Assembly: GCF_003072485.1 (NCBI RefSeq)
Contig: NZ_CP025989.1
Location: 273,297-297,296, forward strand
Reading direction: 5' to 3'
Length of the DNA stretch: 24,000 nt
Source: Candidatus Fokinia solitaria
GTDB lineage: Bacteria > Pseudomonadota > Alphaproteobacteria > Rickettsiales > Midichloriaceae
Position numbers and translations under genes: made by a program. Shown here piece after piece: positions 1-8,749 of this stretch. The notes under the pieces were generated by a model that saw nothing but the letters and a program-made list of their open reading frames with translations, did not search any database and was not told the origin of the DNA. How positions within the stretch are numbered: position 1 is the stretch's first letter; each line of letters opens with the position of its first letter.

Positions 1-18
1 CCATTTACGTTAATATCT

Positions 19-1023
19 ATGAAGAAATTTGCAAAAGTTGTGATGATAGTGCTTTTTGTTTTATATGTGATATTCAAGATGTACGATACTCAGCTTATAA
101 GATACAAAAGTGAAGCATACGCCAACTTTAATATGATGAAGTATCTTATTAAAAACTTATCTGCAAAATCGACACAATGGCCGGATTCCGTGCAAAATAA
201 ATTTGATCTTGTACCTGAAAGTAGTGTAAATGGAAAAGAATTAAAAGTATTTTGGGTAGGGCATTCTACGTTTCTGATACAATTGATGGGCGTTAACATA
301 CTTACCGATCCAATATGGAGTGATAGAGCTACTCCGTGGAAATGTTGCGGGCCAAAGAGAGTGCATAAGCCTGGTGTGCAATTTAGTAATTTACCGCGTA
401 TTGATGTAGTACTGATATCGCATAATCACTACGATCATATGGATTTGGATACTATAGAACTTTTGTGGAATAGAGATCATCCGAGAATTATTTCATTACC
501 AGGAAATGATGCAGTAATTCATAGACGTAACGATAAGATAAAAGTAGAAATTTGTGAATTAGGAGAAGAATTACTTATTAAACGTGATTTAAGTATTGTT
601 GCAGAAGAAGCATTACATTGGTCAAGTAGGTATATAATAGATGCAAATGTCGCTTTATGGGGCGCTTTTGTCATTAAGTCATCTATAGGCAATATTTATT
701 TCGCAGGAGATACAGCATATGGCAGTCATTTTATAAGGATGTCGGAAAAATATACATCGTTTAGGCTTGCGTTACTTCCAATTGGTGCATCTCTCCCTCA
801 AATGACGAATCATCCTGTGCATATGTCTCCATCTGAAGCGGTGCAAGCTTTCTTGGATTTAAGTGCTGAGTATGGATGTAGTATGCATCATATGACATTT
901 AAGATGTCAAATGAGTGTTATTCGTGCGCTAAAGAGATTTTAGATCAAGCTATAGAGTATAATAATATACCGCCAAATAGATTAAGGAATTTAGAAATAG
1001 GAGAATCTTGGAGTATACCTTAA
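19..1023 (+). CDS. MBL-fold metallo-hydrolase (NAPE-PLD-like / Zn-dependent hydrolase) with an N-terminal membrane anchor
   Basis: Intact 334-aa ORF with ATG at 19. It has the HxHxDH metal-binding motif (ISHNHYDHMD) and later GDT and H residues typical of the beta-lactamase fold. The N-terminus is hydrophobic (VVMIVLFVLYVIF). Confidence 0.8.
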   Translation: MKKFAKVVMIVLFVLYVIFKMYDTQLIRYKSEAYANFNMMKYLIKNLSAKSTQWPDSVQNKFDLVPESSVNGKELKVFWVGHSTFLIQLMGVNILTDPIWSDRATPWKCCGPKRVHKPGVQFSNLPRIDVVLISHNHYDHMDLDTIELLWNRDHPRIISLPGNDAVIHRRNDKIKVEICELGEELLIKRDLSIVAEEALHWSSRYIIDANVALWGAFVIKSSIGNIYFAGDTAYGSHFIRMSEKYTSFRLALLPIGASLPQMTNHPVHMSPSEAVQAFLDLSAEYGCSMHHMTFKMSNECYSCAKEILDQAIEYNNIPPNRLRNLEIGESWSIP

Positions 1024-1088
1024 TTGATATATGCTTTCTTTTTATATTTTTCAGTATACAATCAGCGGTAAGCCTTTCGATTATCAAG

Positions 1089-1784
1089 ATGCATAAGATA
1101 GTAGAGCTTGTTTTTCTTGCTTTTGTTGCTTTCCTTATTGTGAGAAAGTTACTAAGCATGCTAGGAGAAGTGGATAAAGATAATGTGATGGAACGTGTGC
1201 TACGAAAGAAGCAATATGAAGACTCTCGTGAGATGAAAGCAGCAGTTCAAAAAGTGTCAAATGTGCTGGAAGGAGGAAATATTGCAAAAGCAGAGAGCGA
1301 CATGTCTGTGGAAGAAGCGCGCGTATCGCCATCTTTGAGAAGTGTTATCAATGATATCAGAAAAGTGGAGCACAATTTTAGCGTAGAGAATTTTCTTCGT
1401 AGTGTAGAGAAAATGTACTGCATAGTGCAAAGTAGTATTACTTCCAGCAATATAGATGGATTAGATACTTTGATTGAGCATGACGGTTACGAGAAGTTGA
1501 AAAATGCGATGTCGAAAAGTAAGGAAAAAGGTTATAGAGTTGTGAGGAATGTCATTTCTGTTAGAGACATTGATATAGTAGATGCTGTTATTTCTGAAGA
1601 TAATCGCGCAACTATTGCAGTTGAGATTCAATCAGAGGAAATAGATTATACAATGAATAGTAATGAAGTTATCATAAACGGATATAAAGGCACTACGTCG
1701 AAGATTATAACGTGGAAATTTACTAAAGATCTTGGTAATAAAAGTGTTATATGGTTATTAAAAGAACATGAGCTACACTTGTAA
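1089..1784 (+). CDS. Tim44-like domain protein (alphaproteobacterial Tim44/TimA-family membrane protein)
   Basis: The track ORF starts at TTG 1008, and an in-frame ATG at 1089 (MHKIVELVFLAFVAFLIV...) gives an N-terminal TM helix. The charged linker and the C-terminal 150 aa (FLRSVEKMY...ITWKFTKDL...VIWLLKE) match the Tim44 C-terminal domain pattern. The start choice is uncertain. Confidence 0.65.
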   Translation: MHKIVELVFLAFVAFLIVRKLLSMLGEVDKDNVMERVLRKKQYEDSREMKAAVQKVSNVLEGGNIAKAESDMSVEEARVSPSLRSVINDIRKVEHNFSVENFLRSVEKMYCIVQSSITSSNIDGLDTLIEHDGYEKLKNAMSKSKEKGYRVVRNVISVRDIDIVDAVISEDNRATIAVEIQSEEIDYTMNSNEVIINGYKGTTSKIITWKFTKDLGNKSVIWLLKEHELHL

Positions 1785-1867
1785 GATAATTTGGTACGGC
1801 AGTAGTTAAGCGCCTTATTAGATTGATTCAATTAGAAAGTGAGATTTTATTTTATTACGATACGACA

Positions 1868-3097
1868 ATGATGAAAAGCTTTTCCGATACTGGCATTATA
1901 CATGTTATGAATGAAGCTGCGCAGTATGGCTATTACAATGGAAATATAGAGTGGGCTAATTTAGGTCAAGGTTCTCCGGAGACGGGCGTATTATCGGAGA
2001 TGAAAAGATTTGCTTTTTTAGAAAGTGACGACTCTACATCAGAATATGCTGCAGTAGCTGGTAGGAGTGATACACGTAGTTCAATTGCGAAGCTATATAA
2101 TCAGAGATATAGATCTACCATGTCATCGCAATATGATTGTGACAATATTGCATTAGTATCAGGTGGAAGATTAGCTGTAACAAGAATTATCGCATGTCTT
2201 CAGCCGACGAATATCGGATACTTCGTACCTGATTATACTCCATATCAGAGTATAATAGGACTTTTCAACGGACATAATGCAATACCTATTGTACTGAATA
2301 AAGAGGATGGATATTCGATTTCTATTGAAAAACTGAGAGCTACTGTGAAGCTGCATAAAATAAGTGTTGTCGTGATGAGTAATCCTTCAAATCCTATAGG
2401 TAAGTTGACGAGTGAGCAGCAGATGATCGAGCTTATTAAGCTTGCAGAAGAAGAGCAATTTTTATTGTTAATAGATGAGGTGTATTCTCACTATATATAT
2501 GATCGTCCAGAAGTAGATATTCCATATACCTTTTCTGCAGCAAGGTATGTAAGAGAGATAGATAGTAGTAATGTAATTATCGTAGATGGCTTAACAAAGA
2601 ACTGGAGATATCCAGGCTTCCGCTTAGCATGGATTATCGCTTCTAAAGCGATAATAAAAATCGCTACGAATTGCGGTGCGTTTATGGATGGAGGAGCGTC
2701 GAATGTCGTTCAAAAAAATGCTCTGCATCTCTTGGATGAGAAGATCGTTTCTCTTGAAGTAAGAGAAATGCAAAAGCATTTTAGAGCAAAACGCGATTAT
2801 GTTATTGGAGAATTAGTTGAGCATGGCATCACTGTAGATGTGATACCGCAAGGCGCTTTTTATGTTTGGGCTAATCTTTCAAATCTTCCTGAATCATTGC
2901 AAGATGGCGTAAGATTTGCTAAATCCTGTCTGCGAGAATGCGTCATAGTAGTGCCAGGAATGTATTTTGACGATCAAAGCGATCAAATACTTGCAAATGT
3001 AAGATTTAGAAATTATGTGCGTATCAGTTTTGGACAAGGAATGGATACTCTCAAAAGAGGTATGGAAGGGATAAAAAGAGTGATAAGACATGGATAA
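1868..3097 (+). CDS. Pyridoxal-phosphate-dependent aminotransferase, class I/II (aspartate/aromatic-type)
   Basis: Signatures are SNPSNPIGK, LLIDEVYSHY and the PLP-lysine context GLTKNWRYPGFRLAW. The track start at TTG 1823 is probably an over-extension, and ATG-ATG at 1868 is the likely start. The stop overlaps the coq7 start by 8 nt (ATGGATAA). Confidence 0.85.
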   Translation: MMKSFSDTGIIHVMNEAAQYGYYNGNIEWANLGQGSPETGVLSEMKRFAFLESDDSTSEYAAVAGRSDTRSSIAKLYNQRYRSTMSSQYDCDNIALVSGGRLAVTRIIACLQPTNIGYFVPDYTPYQSIIGLFNGHNAIPIVLNKEDGYSISIEKLRATVKLHKISVVVMSNPSNPIGKLTSEQQMIELIKLAEEEQFLLLIDEVYSHYIYDRPEVDIPYTFSAARYVREIDSSNVIIVDGLTKNWRYPGFRLAWIIASKAIIKIATNCGAFMDGGASNVVQKNALHLLDEKIVSLEVREMQKHFRAKRDYVIGELVEHGITVDVIPQGAFYVWANLSNLPESLQDGVRFAKSCLRECVIVVPGMYFDDQSDQILANVRFRNYVRISFGQGMDTLKRGMEGIKRVIRHG

Positions 3098-3749
3098 GAT
3101 TACGAAAAATGCTTTTTCTGTGAAAGAAATTATTGATACATTTATTCGAGTAAATCATGCCGGAGAGTTAGGAGCAGTACATATGTATAGTGGTCATTTG
3201 CGTGTGTATAAAGCGTTTCACATGTGTGAGATAGATGAGATAGAGATGATGCTTGCAAATGAAAAGGAGCATATGGAGTATTTTATTTCCAAAATTTCCT
3301 CTCATTCTAGACCGAGTCTCATCAATTCAATATGGATGATGTGTAGTTGGAGTATTGGTGCGTTCAGTACGTTTTTGATGCAACATCAAGGCACAATGTC
3401 TTGTACTGATGGAGTAGAAACAGTAGTATCTCAGCATTATAAAGATCAGCTGTCTCGAATTGAAATCGTGATTGCTGATGAAATGGCCTTAATTCAAAGA
3501 GAAGAAAAAAGAAGTCTTACTCTTTTAGGCGCTGAGAAGATAGATGCATTGCGTTATATCACTTCTCTACAAGAAAGCTTGATTTTATTAAAAGATCTAC
3601 AAGAGAAAATATCAAAATTTTTAGAAGATGAAGAAATGCATCGTGATTCCGCGAATATAAAGTGCACAGTAAATAGAGTGACGAAGATTCATAAGGAGTT
3701 TATAATGTACTTGACTAAATTAGCGATACATATCTCTGAACGTATATAG
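3090..3749 (+). CDS. coq7: Demethoxyubiquinone hydroxylase COQ7 family (di-iron carboxylate)
   Basis: It has RVNHAGELGAVHMYSG and two E-x-x-H iron ligand motifs (NEKEHMEYF and EDEEMHRDSA). It is translationally coupled to the upstream aminotransferase. Confidence 0.8.
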   Translation: MDKITKNAFSVKEIIDTFIRVNHAGELGAVHMYSGHLRVYKAFHMCEIDEIEMMLANEKEHMEYFISKISSHSRPSLINSIWMMCSWSIGAFSTFLMQHQGTMSCTDGVETVVSQHYKDQLSRIEIVIADEMALIQREEKRSLTLLGAEKIDALRYITSLQESLILLKDLQEKISKFLEDEEMHRDSANIKCTVNRVTKIHKEFIMYLTKLAIHISERI

Positions 3750-3757
3750 TTTTTAAG

Positions 3758-4411
3758 ATGAAAGAATTTTTCCTCCTTGCTTTTTTTTGGAGTAGTTGCG
3801 CACTTGTTTTTACTATATTTCCTTCTTTGGATATCTATGTAAGCACTCTCTTCTATTCGTTTAATAGCTTCCATACAAATGATCTATTAAATGGCATAAG
3901 TGAATTTCTATTCATATTTCCTATGTTGACGTTTGGCTTACTCTCTTTGTCCTTTCTAATATCAAAAAGCGATCATTATAAAAAAGCGTTAAAATTAGTT
4001 CTTTCATGTGCGGCAGTATATGTTTTTTGCTGTTTGTTTGTTTCTCATATAGGGATGAAAGCGGTATTTCATCGTCCAAGACCGGAAAACATTTTGCAAT
4101 TTGGTGGTAAAATGCATTTTATAAAAGCTTTTCAGATTAAAGGAGAATGCCTTAAAAAGTGCTCATTTGTTTCTACGCATGCAATGACAGGGTATGCTTT
4201 TTCGCTTATAAGTGCTTTTTACTACAATATTAGAAAATTAAGAAATAGAGTAATAATAGCTTCTTTTATAATAGGTACTGCTTGTGGTATCACCAGGATA
4301 ATGCTAGGAAAGCACTTTTTAAGTGATGTGGTGGTAGCGGGTTTGATAGCATATACCGCTACTTTTATGTTTACTACTTTCACTGATAAGAAATTTATTA
4401 CTCGTCTCTAA
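3758..4411 (+). CDS. PAP2-family membrane phosphatase (PgpB/BcrC-like lipid phosphatase)
   Basis: This is a multi-TM ORF with the three PAP2 motifs in order: K..VFHRPRP, SFVSTHA (a PSGH-like variant) and GKHFLSDV (SRxxxxxHxxxD-like). Confidence 0.75.
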   Translation: MKEFFLLAFFWSSCALVFTIFPSLDIYVSTLFYSFNSFHTNDLLNGISEFLFIFPMLTFGLLSLSFLISKSDHYKKALKLVLSCAAVYVFCCLFVSHIGMKAVFHRPRPENILQFGGKMHFIKAFQIKGECLKKCSFVSTHAMTGYAFSLISAFYYNIRKLRNRVIIASFIIGTACGITRIMLGKHFLSDVVVAGLIAYTATFMFTTFTDKKFITRL

Positions 4412-4459
4412 AAAAGTAATATGTATCTGAGAATATTTTACCAGTATTCTTGTTAAATA

Positions 4460-4488
4460 TTGCATTTTTCGTACTGATATCTTATAAG
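4460..4488 (+). promoter_or_regulatory. Candidate sigma70-type promoter for the downstream tRNA (TTGCAT-N17-TATAAG)
   Basis: TTGCAT lies at 4460-4465, followed by a 17-nt spacer and TATAAG at 4483-4488. The -10 ends 30 nt before the tRNA 5' end. This rests on sequence match only, in AT-rich DNA where such matches arise by chance. Confidence 0.3.
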
Positions 4489-4517
4489 TGTGGTGTAGTC
4501 TCGTGTGCTGCGAGGCT

Positions 4518-4593
4518 GGGATCTTAGTTCAGTGGTTAGAACGCACCGCTCATAACGGTGTTGTCGTAGGTTCGATCCCTACAGATCCCACCA
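4518..4593 (+). tRNA. tRNA with CAT anticodon, elongator type (tRNA-Met or lysidine-modified tRNA-Ile2), CCA encoded
   Basis: Hand-folded cloverleaf: acceptor GGGATCT/AGATCCC, D arm GTTC-AGTGGTTA-GAAC, anticodon stem CACCG/CGGTG with loop CTCATAA, T arm GTAGG-TTCGATC-CCTAC, discriminator A, CCA. The G1-C72 pair excludes an initiator. The D-loop AGTGGTTAG resembles E. coli ileX, but Met versus Ile2 cannot be decided by eye. Confidence 0.9.
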
Positions 4594-4597
4594 TTTC

Positions 4598-5626
4598 TTA
4601 AGAGGTGACTGTTTTTTCTTTCGTTAATTCTACGATCTCGCTAAGTATTTTATACTTCTTGTAGTCAATGTTGTGTTTCAACATTCTATTTAGCAGCCCT
4701 TGTATACTGAAGTAACCTTCTGCTAAATATGTTTCACCCTCGTAGTGATTATTTGCATTTGATTTAGACATTCCAGTACGATATCCGAGCTGAAAATTTC
4801 TCGACTTACTGCTAGAGCAACTTAATAGAAAATCTCCGATACCGCAGTAACTGAGAAGTGTATTTGTATCTTCGTTGCTACATAAAATTTTAAAAATCTC
4901 TGTAAATTCTCGAAAGCTATTAGTTAAGAATGCCGCAAGTGAATTTGAATAATCTATCAAGTTATATCGTATTGCATTGTCAGCTTGTGCGATATTTTCC
5001 TCACCATATTTGCTTTTGATATACTCAAAGTGCGTAAAGCCTGCACCAATGGCGTATATGTTTTTTAAAACGCTACATAACTGACTGCCAATTGGATCGT
5101 TATTTTCCTCTAATATGAATAAGTTGGAAGAAAGAGTTTTTATTACGTTACTTCTAAGATTTGAATCAGTGCTACTTATTGTAGCGCCGGTATGTACTCC
5201 ACGTAATACATCTATGCTGAAATTTGGCCCTGCAAGTACTCCAAAAGGCATTGTAGAGTATATTTCTTCTGATATAACTTCACTCAAAAACAGTCCAGTA
5301 CTCATCTCTATTCCTTTAGAACATATTATAATACCAACACTTTTACTGCATTCTTCTTTGTATTTTGAAATGAATTCTCTAGTAACTTGCGCAGGTAGAG
5401 CGATAAAACTCAAAGTACCTACAGTTTTGCCATTCAATTCGTTTAAGTGAAATAGTGAAAAGTTAGTATCGCTACAATGCTTATGTATTCTCGTATTCGT
5501 ATTTTGTATCGAGTGACAAAAAAGTTGTACGTCAACATTATTACGTTGCATACTTGTGGCTAATGCTAGTCCCCACATACCTCCACCTATAACATTTACG
5601 CGGCTAATCTTTTTATCTTCCGTCAT
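4598..5626 (-). CDS. gpsA: NAD(P)H-dependent glycerol-3-phosphate dehydrogenase
   Basis: 342-aa ORF with an N-terminal Rossmann motif (VNVIGGGMWGLALA) and GpsA-like central and C-terminal blocks (GPNFSIDV, KNIYAIGAG, LAEGY). The stop lies 4 nt from the convergent tRNA end. Confidence 0.85.
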   Translation of the reverse strand: MTEDKKISRVNVIGGGMWGLALATSMQRNNVDVQLFCHSIQNTNTRIHKHCSDTNFSLFHLNELNGKTVGTLSFIALPAQVTREFISKYKEECSKSVGIIICSKGIEMSTGLFLSEVISEEIYSTMPFGVLAGPNFSIDVLRGVHTGATISSTDSNLRSNVIKTLSSNLFILEENNDPIGSQLCSVLKNIYAIGAGFTHFEYIKSKYGEENIAQADNAIRYNLIDYSNSLAAFLTNSFREFTEIFKILCSNEDTNTLLSYCGIGDFLLSCSSSKSRNFQLGYRTGMSKSNANNHYEGETYLAEGYFSIQGLLNRMLKHNIDYKKYKILSEIVELTKEKTVTS

Positions 5627-5651
5627 CTGAAAATCTTACATCACAACTTTA

Positions 5652-5956
5652 CTATAGTAACTTACCAATCTTATAGTCATTTCGCCACTTGCAATTATTT
5701 TGTAACGCAACTTCAATCTGCCTTTCTAAATATTTTAAATTCATACCAGAGAACTCACATATATGAGTAAAACTATTATTTTGTATTTTTAACCATTTTA
5801 GAGCTTCTCTCTTGATGCGTGCGAAAGTTTTTTTTTAGATTGTGTACAGGCGTCGGTAAGTGCTTGTAGTACTACCGCTTTCCATATACTTTGTAATTTG
5901 TACTGTTGCTTGAATATATGATTTGAATTTTGTAGAGAGTTGTTTATTTCGTACAT
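5652..5956 (-). pseudogene. Frameshifted small ORF (about 101 codons if repaired), possible helix-turn-helix protein, directly upstream of gpsA
   Basis: My own translation, starting at ATG 5956, gives MYEINNSLQNSNHIFKQQYKLQSIWKAVVLQALTDACTQSKKK, which runs into an A9 tract (T9 at 5828-5836 on +). The genomic frame stops at 5798-5800. The -1 frame continues as TFARIKREALKWLKIQNNSFTHICEFSGMNLKYLERQIEVALQNNCKWRNDYKIGKLL to TAG at 5652-5654. One extra A restores a single ORF. Both halves are under 60 aa, so neither appears in the track. Confidence 0.45.
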
Positions 5957-6093
5957 TTTCTTGAGTGATAATTTTATGTATATGGATTTTTATTATCGCA
6001 AGTATTTATTCGCAGGAAGTCATGTAAGTTTGTTGAGTTTAAAATTTGCAGGATTATGCTATTAATGTTTCTTGTGATGTTTTAGTGTCTGTG

Positions 6094-7467
6094 ATGAAAA
6101 TTCTTGTTGCGTTGTTGTGCGGTGGAAGAAGCACGAGAATGCGTTCTAAAAAACCGAAATTCATGCTAGAGCTAGCGGGAGTACCGATATTACATCATAT
6201 ACTACGTACTGTACAAGATGTTCAGATACGACTTATTTCTCATCAAGTGCATATGGATATATCGTTAGTGCTACACCATACTACTATCGATGAATCGGAG
6301 ATTGATGCAGTGTTAGACGATTTCCCAACATTGCAAATACGTAAAATAGAACAAAAGATGGCGGGTACAGGAGGTGCTACATTAGCAGCGTTGAGCGATG
6401 CATCAGAATATGATGACGTTTTGGTATTATATGGCGATATGCCGCTTATAAAGGAAGATACACTTTATGAATTTATACAAAATTACAGAAGAAAACGATC
6501 ATTAAAGCATAATTTTGCATCGCTTCATATGGCTTTTGCAACGAGTAATCCGATAGGGTATGGTGTTATGAAAACCGAATATGAGAACACTTCTCGTATA
6601 GTAGGAATAGTGGAGTTCGGCAGTGACGGAATGGAACGCCTACCAGTGAAAAAGGTACTATGTAATGCTGGTACGATGATGGCGCCTCTTCATATATTGC
6701 AAGAAGCTTTAACGTATATACAATCGATAAGGAAGGAATATGAGATTTTGCTAACAGAGGTAGTAAGCGTTTTTTTCGGAATGAATATGATAAGCGAGTG
6801 CGAAATATGTGACCAAAATGAATGTATTAATACGAATAACTTGTATGATCTTGCACGTGCTGAGGAAGAAATACAGGATAGAATACGTGAAGAGCTGATG
6901 ATGAGTGGAGTCCATTTAATAGCGCCTCGTACAAATTTCTTTCACTATTATCACAATATTTGTGATAAGACTGTAATACATCCATATTCAATTATAGGAA
7001 AGAATGTTTTGATACATTCGGATGTAGTAATACTACCGTACTGTTATTTGGAAGGAGTTATAATTGAATCAGATGTTGTTGTTGGTCCTTTTTGCAGAAT
7101 TAGAGGTGAGACAATTTTAAGGCGCGGTACAAAAGCTGGCAATTTTCTTGAACTCAAGAACTCAATTGTTGGTGAAGATACCAAAATTGGTCATTTTGGA
7201 TATGTTGGAGATGCTATCATAGGTCATAAATGTAATATTGGCGCGGGAGCAGTATTTTGTAATTATGATGGCTATGACAAACATAAGACGACGATAAAAA
7301 ATAATGCGTTTATAGGAGCGAATGTATCGCTTGTTGCACCTATTACAGTTGGAGATAGAGCTATGATAGGAGCAGGTAGTGTAGTTACACAGAATGTATC
7401 GGATAATGAGCTAGCAGTTGAGAGAAATACGCAAAAGAATACTAGAAGAAAAAGATTTATAAAATGA
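6094..7467 (+). CDS. glmU: Bifunctional UDP-N-acetylglucosamine pyrophosphorylase / glucosamine-1-phosphate N-acetyltransferase
   Basis: The N-terminal nucleotidyltransferase motif is LLCGGRSTRMRSKKPKFML..AGVPIL. The C-terminal left-handed beta-helix shows hexapeptide repeats (IGHKCNIGAGAVFCNYDG...IGANVSLVAPITVGDRAMIGAGSVV). The track start at TTG 6046 is probably over-extended, and ATG 6094 (MKILVALL) is the likely start. Confidence 0.85.
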   Translation: MKILVALLCGGRSTRMRSKKPKFMLELAGVPILHHILRTVQDVQIRLISHQVHMDISLVLHHTTIDESEIDAVLDDFPTLQIRKIEQKMAGTGGATLAALSDASEYDDVLVLYGDMPLIKEDTLYEFIQNYRRKRSLKHNFASLHMAFATSNPIGYGVMKTEYENTSRIVGIVEFGSDGMERLPVKKVLCNAGTMMAPLHILQEALTYIQSIRKEYEILLTEVVSVFFGMNMISECEICDQNECINTNNLYDLARAEEEIQDRIREELMMSGVHLIAPRTNFFHYYHNICDKTVIHPYSIIGKNVLIHSDVVILPYCYLEGVIIESDVVVGPFCRIRGETILRRGTKAGNFLELKNSIVGEDTKIGHFGYVGDAIIGHKCNIGAGAVFCNYDGYDKHKTTIKNNAFIGANVSLVAPITVGDRAMIGAGSVVTQNVSDNELAVERNTQKNTRRKRFIK

Positions 7468-7651
7468 GATTGCACGTTTATGACTGTTATTGAAAGATAA
7501 CGACAAGGTAGATGCGAATCCAATTAGATATACTTGAGATCGTATTTTTGCTTAGAATGGTGAAAATATGAAGAGTAGTACTGCATTCATTTTCTTCACA
7601 AAGACAATATAATTATTCATGAAGTGCGGAAAAATTAACAATGCTGCGCAG

Positions 7652-8674
7652 CTAATTTTCAAAAAACTTCTCGTCAAAATAATGTAGTCCAATGGCTTTT
7701 TTCACTTTATATAAAGTCATCTCCGCTTTCTTATTTGCTTTTTTACAACCGTCATACAGTATATTTTGCATTTCTATATGAGAAATATTACTTCTGCGTT
7801 CTCTATATGGTGCTATCAATTCTTGTAATGTATCGTTTAATATATTTTTCAGTGCTATATCACCTAAGCCACCTCTTGTATAATGCTCTTTTAGCGCGAT
7901 AACTTCGTCTTTATTTTCATGAAATGCGTCAAGATATTCGAAAACAATATTTCCTTCTATGTTACCAGGATCGCTGACTTTTAGATGATTTGGATCTGTA
8001 AACATTGCTAGTACTTTTTGTTTAATAGTATCAGCTGAATCAGAGAGATATATTGCATTATTGAGAGATTTACTTGCTTTCGCCTTACCGTCTATACCGC
8101 TTAGCCTTTTAGTTGTACCTAGCATTGGTATAGCTTCTTTTAGAGTATCTCCATAGATAGAATTGAATTTTCTTACTATTTCATTAGTTTGCTCTATCAT
8201 TGGTAGTTGATCTTCTCCTATTGGTATCAATTCTCCATCAAAGGCCGTAATATCAGCTGCTTGACTAACAGGATATATACAAAATCCTGCTAAGAGATTA
8301 TTTTCATACTTTTTCTGCTGTATCTCTGCCTTAAGTGTAGGATTTCTTTGTAAGCGGGAAATTGTAACTAAGTTTAAGTAATAAATTGTTAATTCTGTTA
8401 ACGACGGTATCTGAGATTGCAGAAAGATTGTTGTCTTACTCGGATCGATACCGACTGCAATGTAATCACGAAGCACTTCATACACATTCTGAGTAACTAG
8501 ATTGGAATGATGAAAGTTATCAGTTAGTGCTTGTACATCAGCTATCATTACGTATTGCGTGTATTTTTTCTGTAACTCAATTCTTTGTTTTAAAGAGCCG
8601 ACGTAATGTCCAAGGTGCAGTTTTCCAGTAGGACGATCTCCTGTGAGCACGATTTTTGCTGTGCCAGTGTGCAT
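7652..8674 (-). CDS. trpS: Tryptophan--tRNA ligase
   Basis: 340-aa class Ic synthetase with a HIGH-type motif (GKLHLGHYVGS) and a KMSKS-type loop present as KASKS (GKAKASKSLNN). Length and block order are typical of bacterial TrpRS. Confidence 0.9.
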   Translation of the reverse strand: MHTGTAKIVLTGDRPTGKLHLGHYVGSLKQRIELQKKYTQYVMIADVQALTDNFHHSNLVTQNVYEVLRDYIAVGIDPSKTTIFLQSQIPSLTELTIYYLNLVTISRLQRNPTLKAEIQQKKYENNLLAGFCIYPVSQAADITAFDGELIPIGEDQLPMIEQTNEIVRKFNSIYGDTLKEAIPMLGTTKRLSGIDGKAKASKSLNNAIYLSDSADTIKQKVLAMFTDPNHLKVSDPGNIEGNIVFEYLDAFHENKDEVIALKEHYTRGGLGDIALKNILNDTLQELIAPYRERRSNISHIEMQNILYDGCKKANKKAEMTLYKVKKAIGLHYFDEKFFEN

Positions 8675-8749
8675 ATGAATTGCTTTTCTTTCTTACGCAC
8701 TATAACTAACAAATATATACATTAAAATCACTAATAATTATGAAATAGA

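Noticed and set aside
1008-1088. Long N-terminal extensions implied by ORF-track starts (TTG 1008, TTG 1823, TTG 6046, TTG 19834, TTG 10792, TTG 15825)
   Set aside because: These are longest-ORF artefacts. In each case an internal ATG gives an N-terminus that matches the family's usual start (a TM helix for the Tim44-like protein, MKILVALLCGG for GlmU, MKRYSLQLLPY for SOD). The extensions overlap upstream genes or have non-protein-like composition.
5115-5450. 111-aa plus-strand ORF
   Set aside because: It lies wholly antisense within gpsA and has a low-complexity, stop-poor AT-rich frame with no motif. The same reasoning applies to the antisense ORFs at 90-299, 950-1159, 1135-1450, 1646-1831, 2171-2356, 2894-3091, 3689-3874, 7272-7523, 8923-9177, 9707-9970, 10051-10347, 10332-10520, 10542-10802, 11019-11201, 13388-13606, 15074-15373, 17374-17628, 18243-18963, 20505-20753, 21182-21376, 21653-21847, 22924-23121 and 23685-23891.
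7643-7652. Perfect 10-nt palindrome gctgcgcagc at the trpS stop as a shared terminator for convergent glmU and trpS
   Set aside because: As a hairpin it would have a 4-bp stem and a 2-nt loop, which is sterically implausible, and it lacks a U-tract. The other candidate hairpins are short AT-rich stems with large loops that I cannot support as terminators. These are 4430-4450 (AGAATA/TATTCT), 10251-10268 (AGAAG/CTTCT) and 15040-15057 (GTAATT/AATTAC).
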